A DNA stretch of 64,000 nt, taken from positions 608,001 to 672,000 of the forward strand of contig CBDBCZ010000018.1 in NCBI GenBank assembly GCA_965203295.1, read 5' to 3'. Every line of letters starts with the position of its first letter. Position 1 is the stretch's first letter. This document shows, piece by piece, positions 63,686-64,000 of this stretch. This stretch comes from Nitrospirales bacterium (GTDB lineage: Bacteria; Nitrospirota; Nitrospiria; Nitrospirales; UBA8639). The position numbers and the translations under genes were made by a program. The notes under the pieces were generated by a model. The model was given only the letters and a program-made list of their open reading frames with translations. It did no database searches and was not told where the DNA came from.

Positions 63686-64000
63686 GTAGTGTGAAACAAT
63701 AATTTTACACAATACTAGCATAACAGAAAATAGAAGCAGCAGAAATCTCAATCACTAAGATTTTGCACATGCAACCAGTACTTTATTCATTTCAAACCAC
63801 GTGCTCTGCTTAAGAATTATGCCTTTTGATTTGAAGAAGCTCTCCTACTTGTGTACAAAAGTAGTCAAACTATGTTTTGTATGGTCATGGCCCACTACTC
63901 TGTACCACCCTAAAAGCAATATTTGAATCTGTTTATTTTTTTTACTTCAATTTTCAGTTCCTTTTTCTTTTGCCTTTTATTTCTCATTGAAAATTGTCGT

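Overview
This is an intron-rich animal genomic window; the MITE repertoire, small exons and kinase/death-domain gene types suggest a demosponge (inference). By hand-splicing GT/GC-AG exons with consistent phases I find the following. (1) The last 9 exons of an unrecognised gene (649-8533, +). (2) An ~8-kb tandem duplication of an immune-adaptor-like gene (possible TRADD-N-like domain, death domain, coiled coil) with NF-kB-type sites upstream. Copy A splices in frame onto six exons encoding a ROCK-type split-PH/C1 domain and its original tail exons are dead, while copy B keeps the original tail. (3) A 4,781-bp DNA transposon (29478-34258) with a 6-bp TSD (TAAGAG), long TIRs built of ~57-bp repeats, a spliced but frameshifted IS3/integrase-type DDE transposase, and a convergent intact 410-aa coiled-coil/RING gene. 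(4) A complete 12-exon alpha-1,6-fucosyltransferase (FUT8, -) with a duplicated SH3-encoding last exon. (5) A TKL-type kinase, coiled-coil and ankyrin-repeat gene running off the right end. There are also many MITEs and microsatellites, and five splice acceptors are preceded by (CA)n tracts instead of polypyrimidine tracts. All gene models are manual and unverified by transcripts or database searches.
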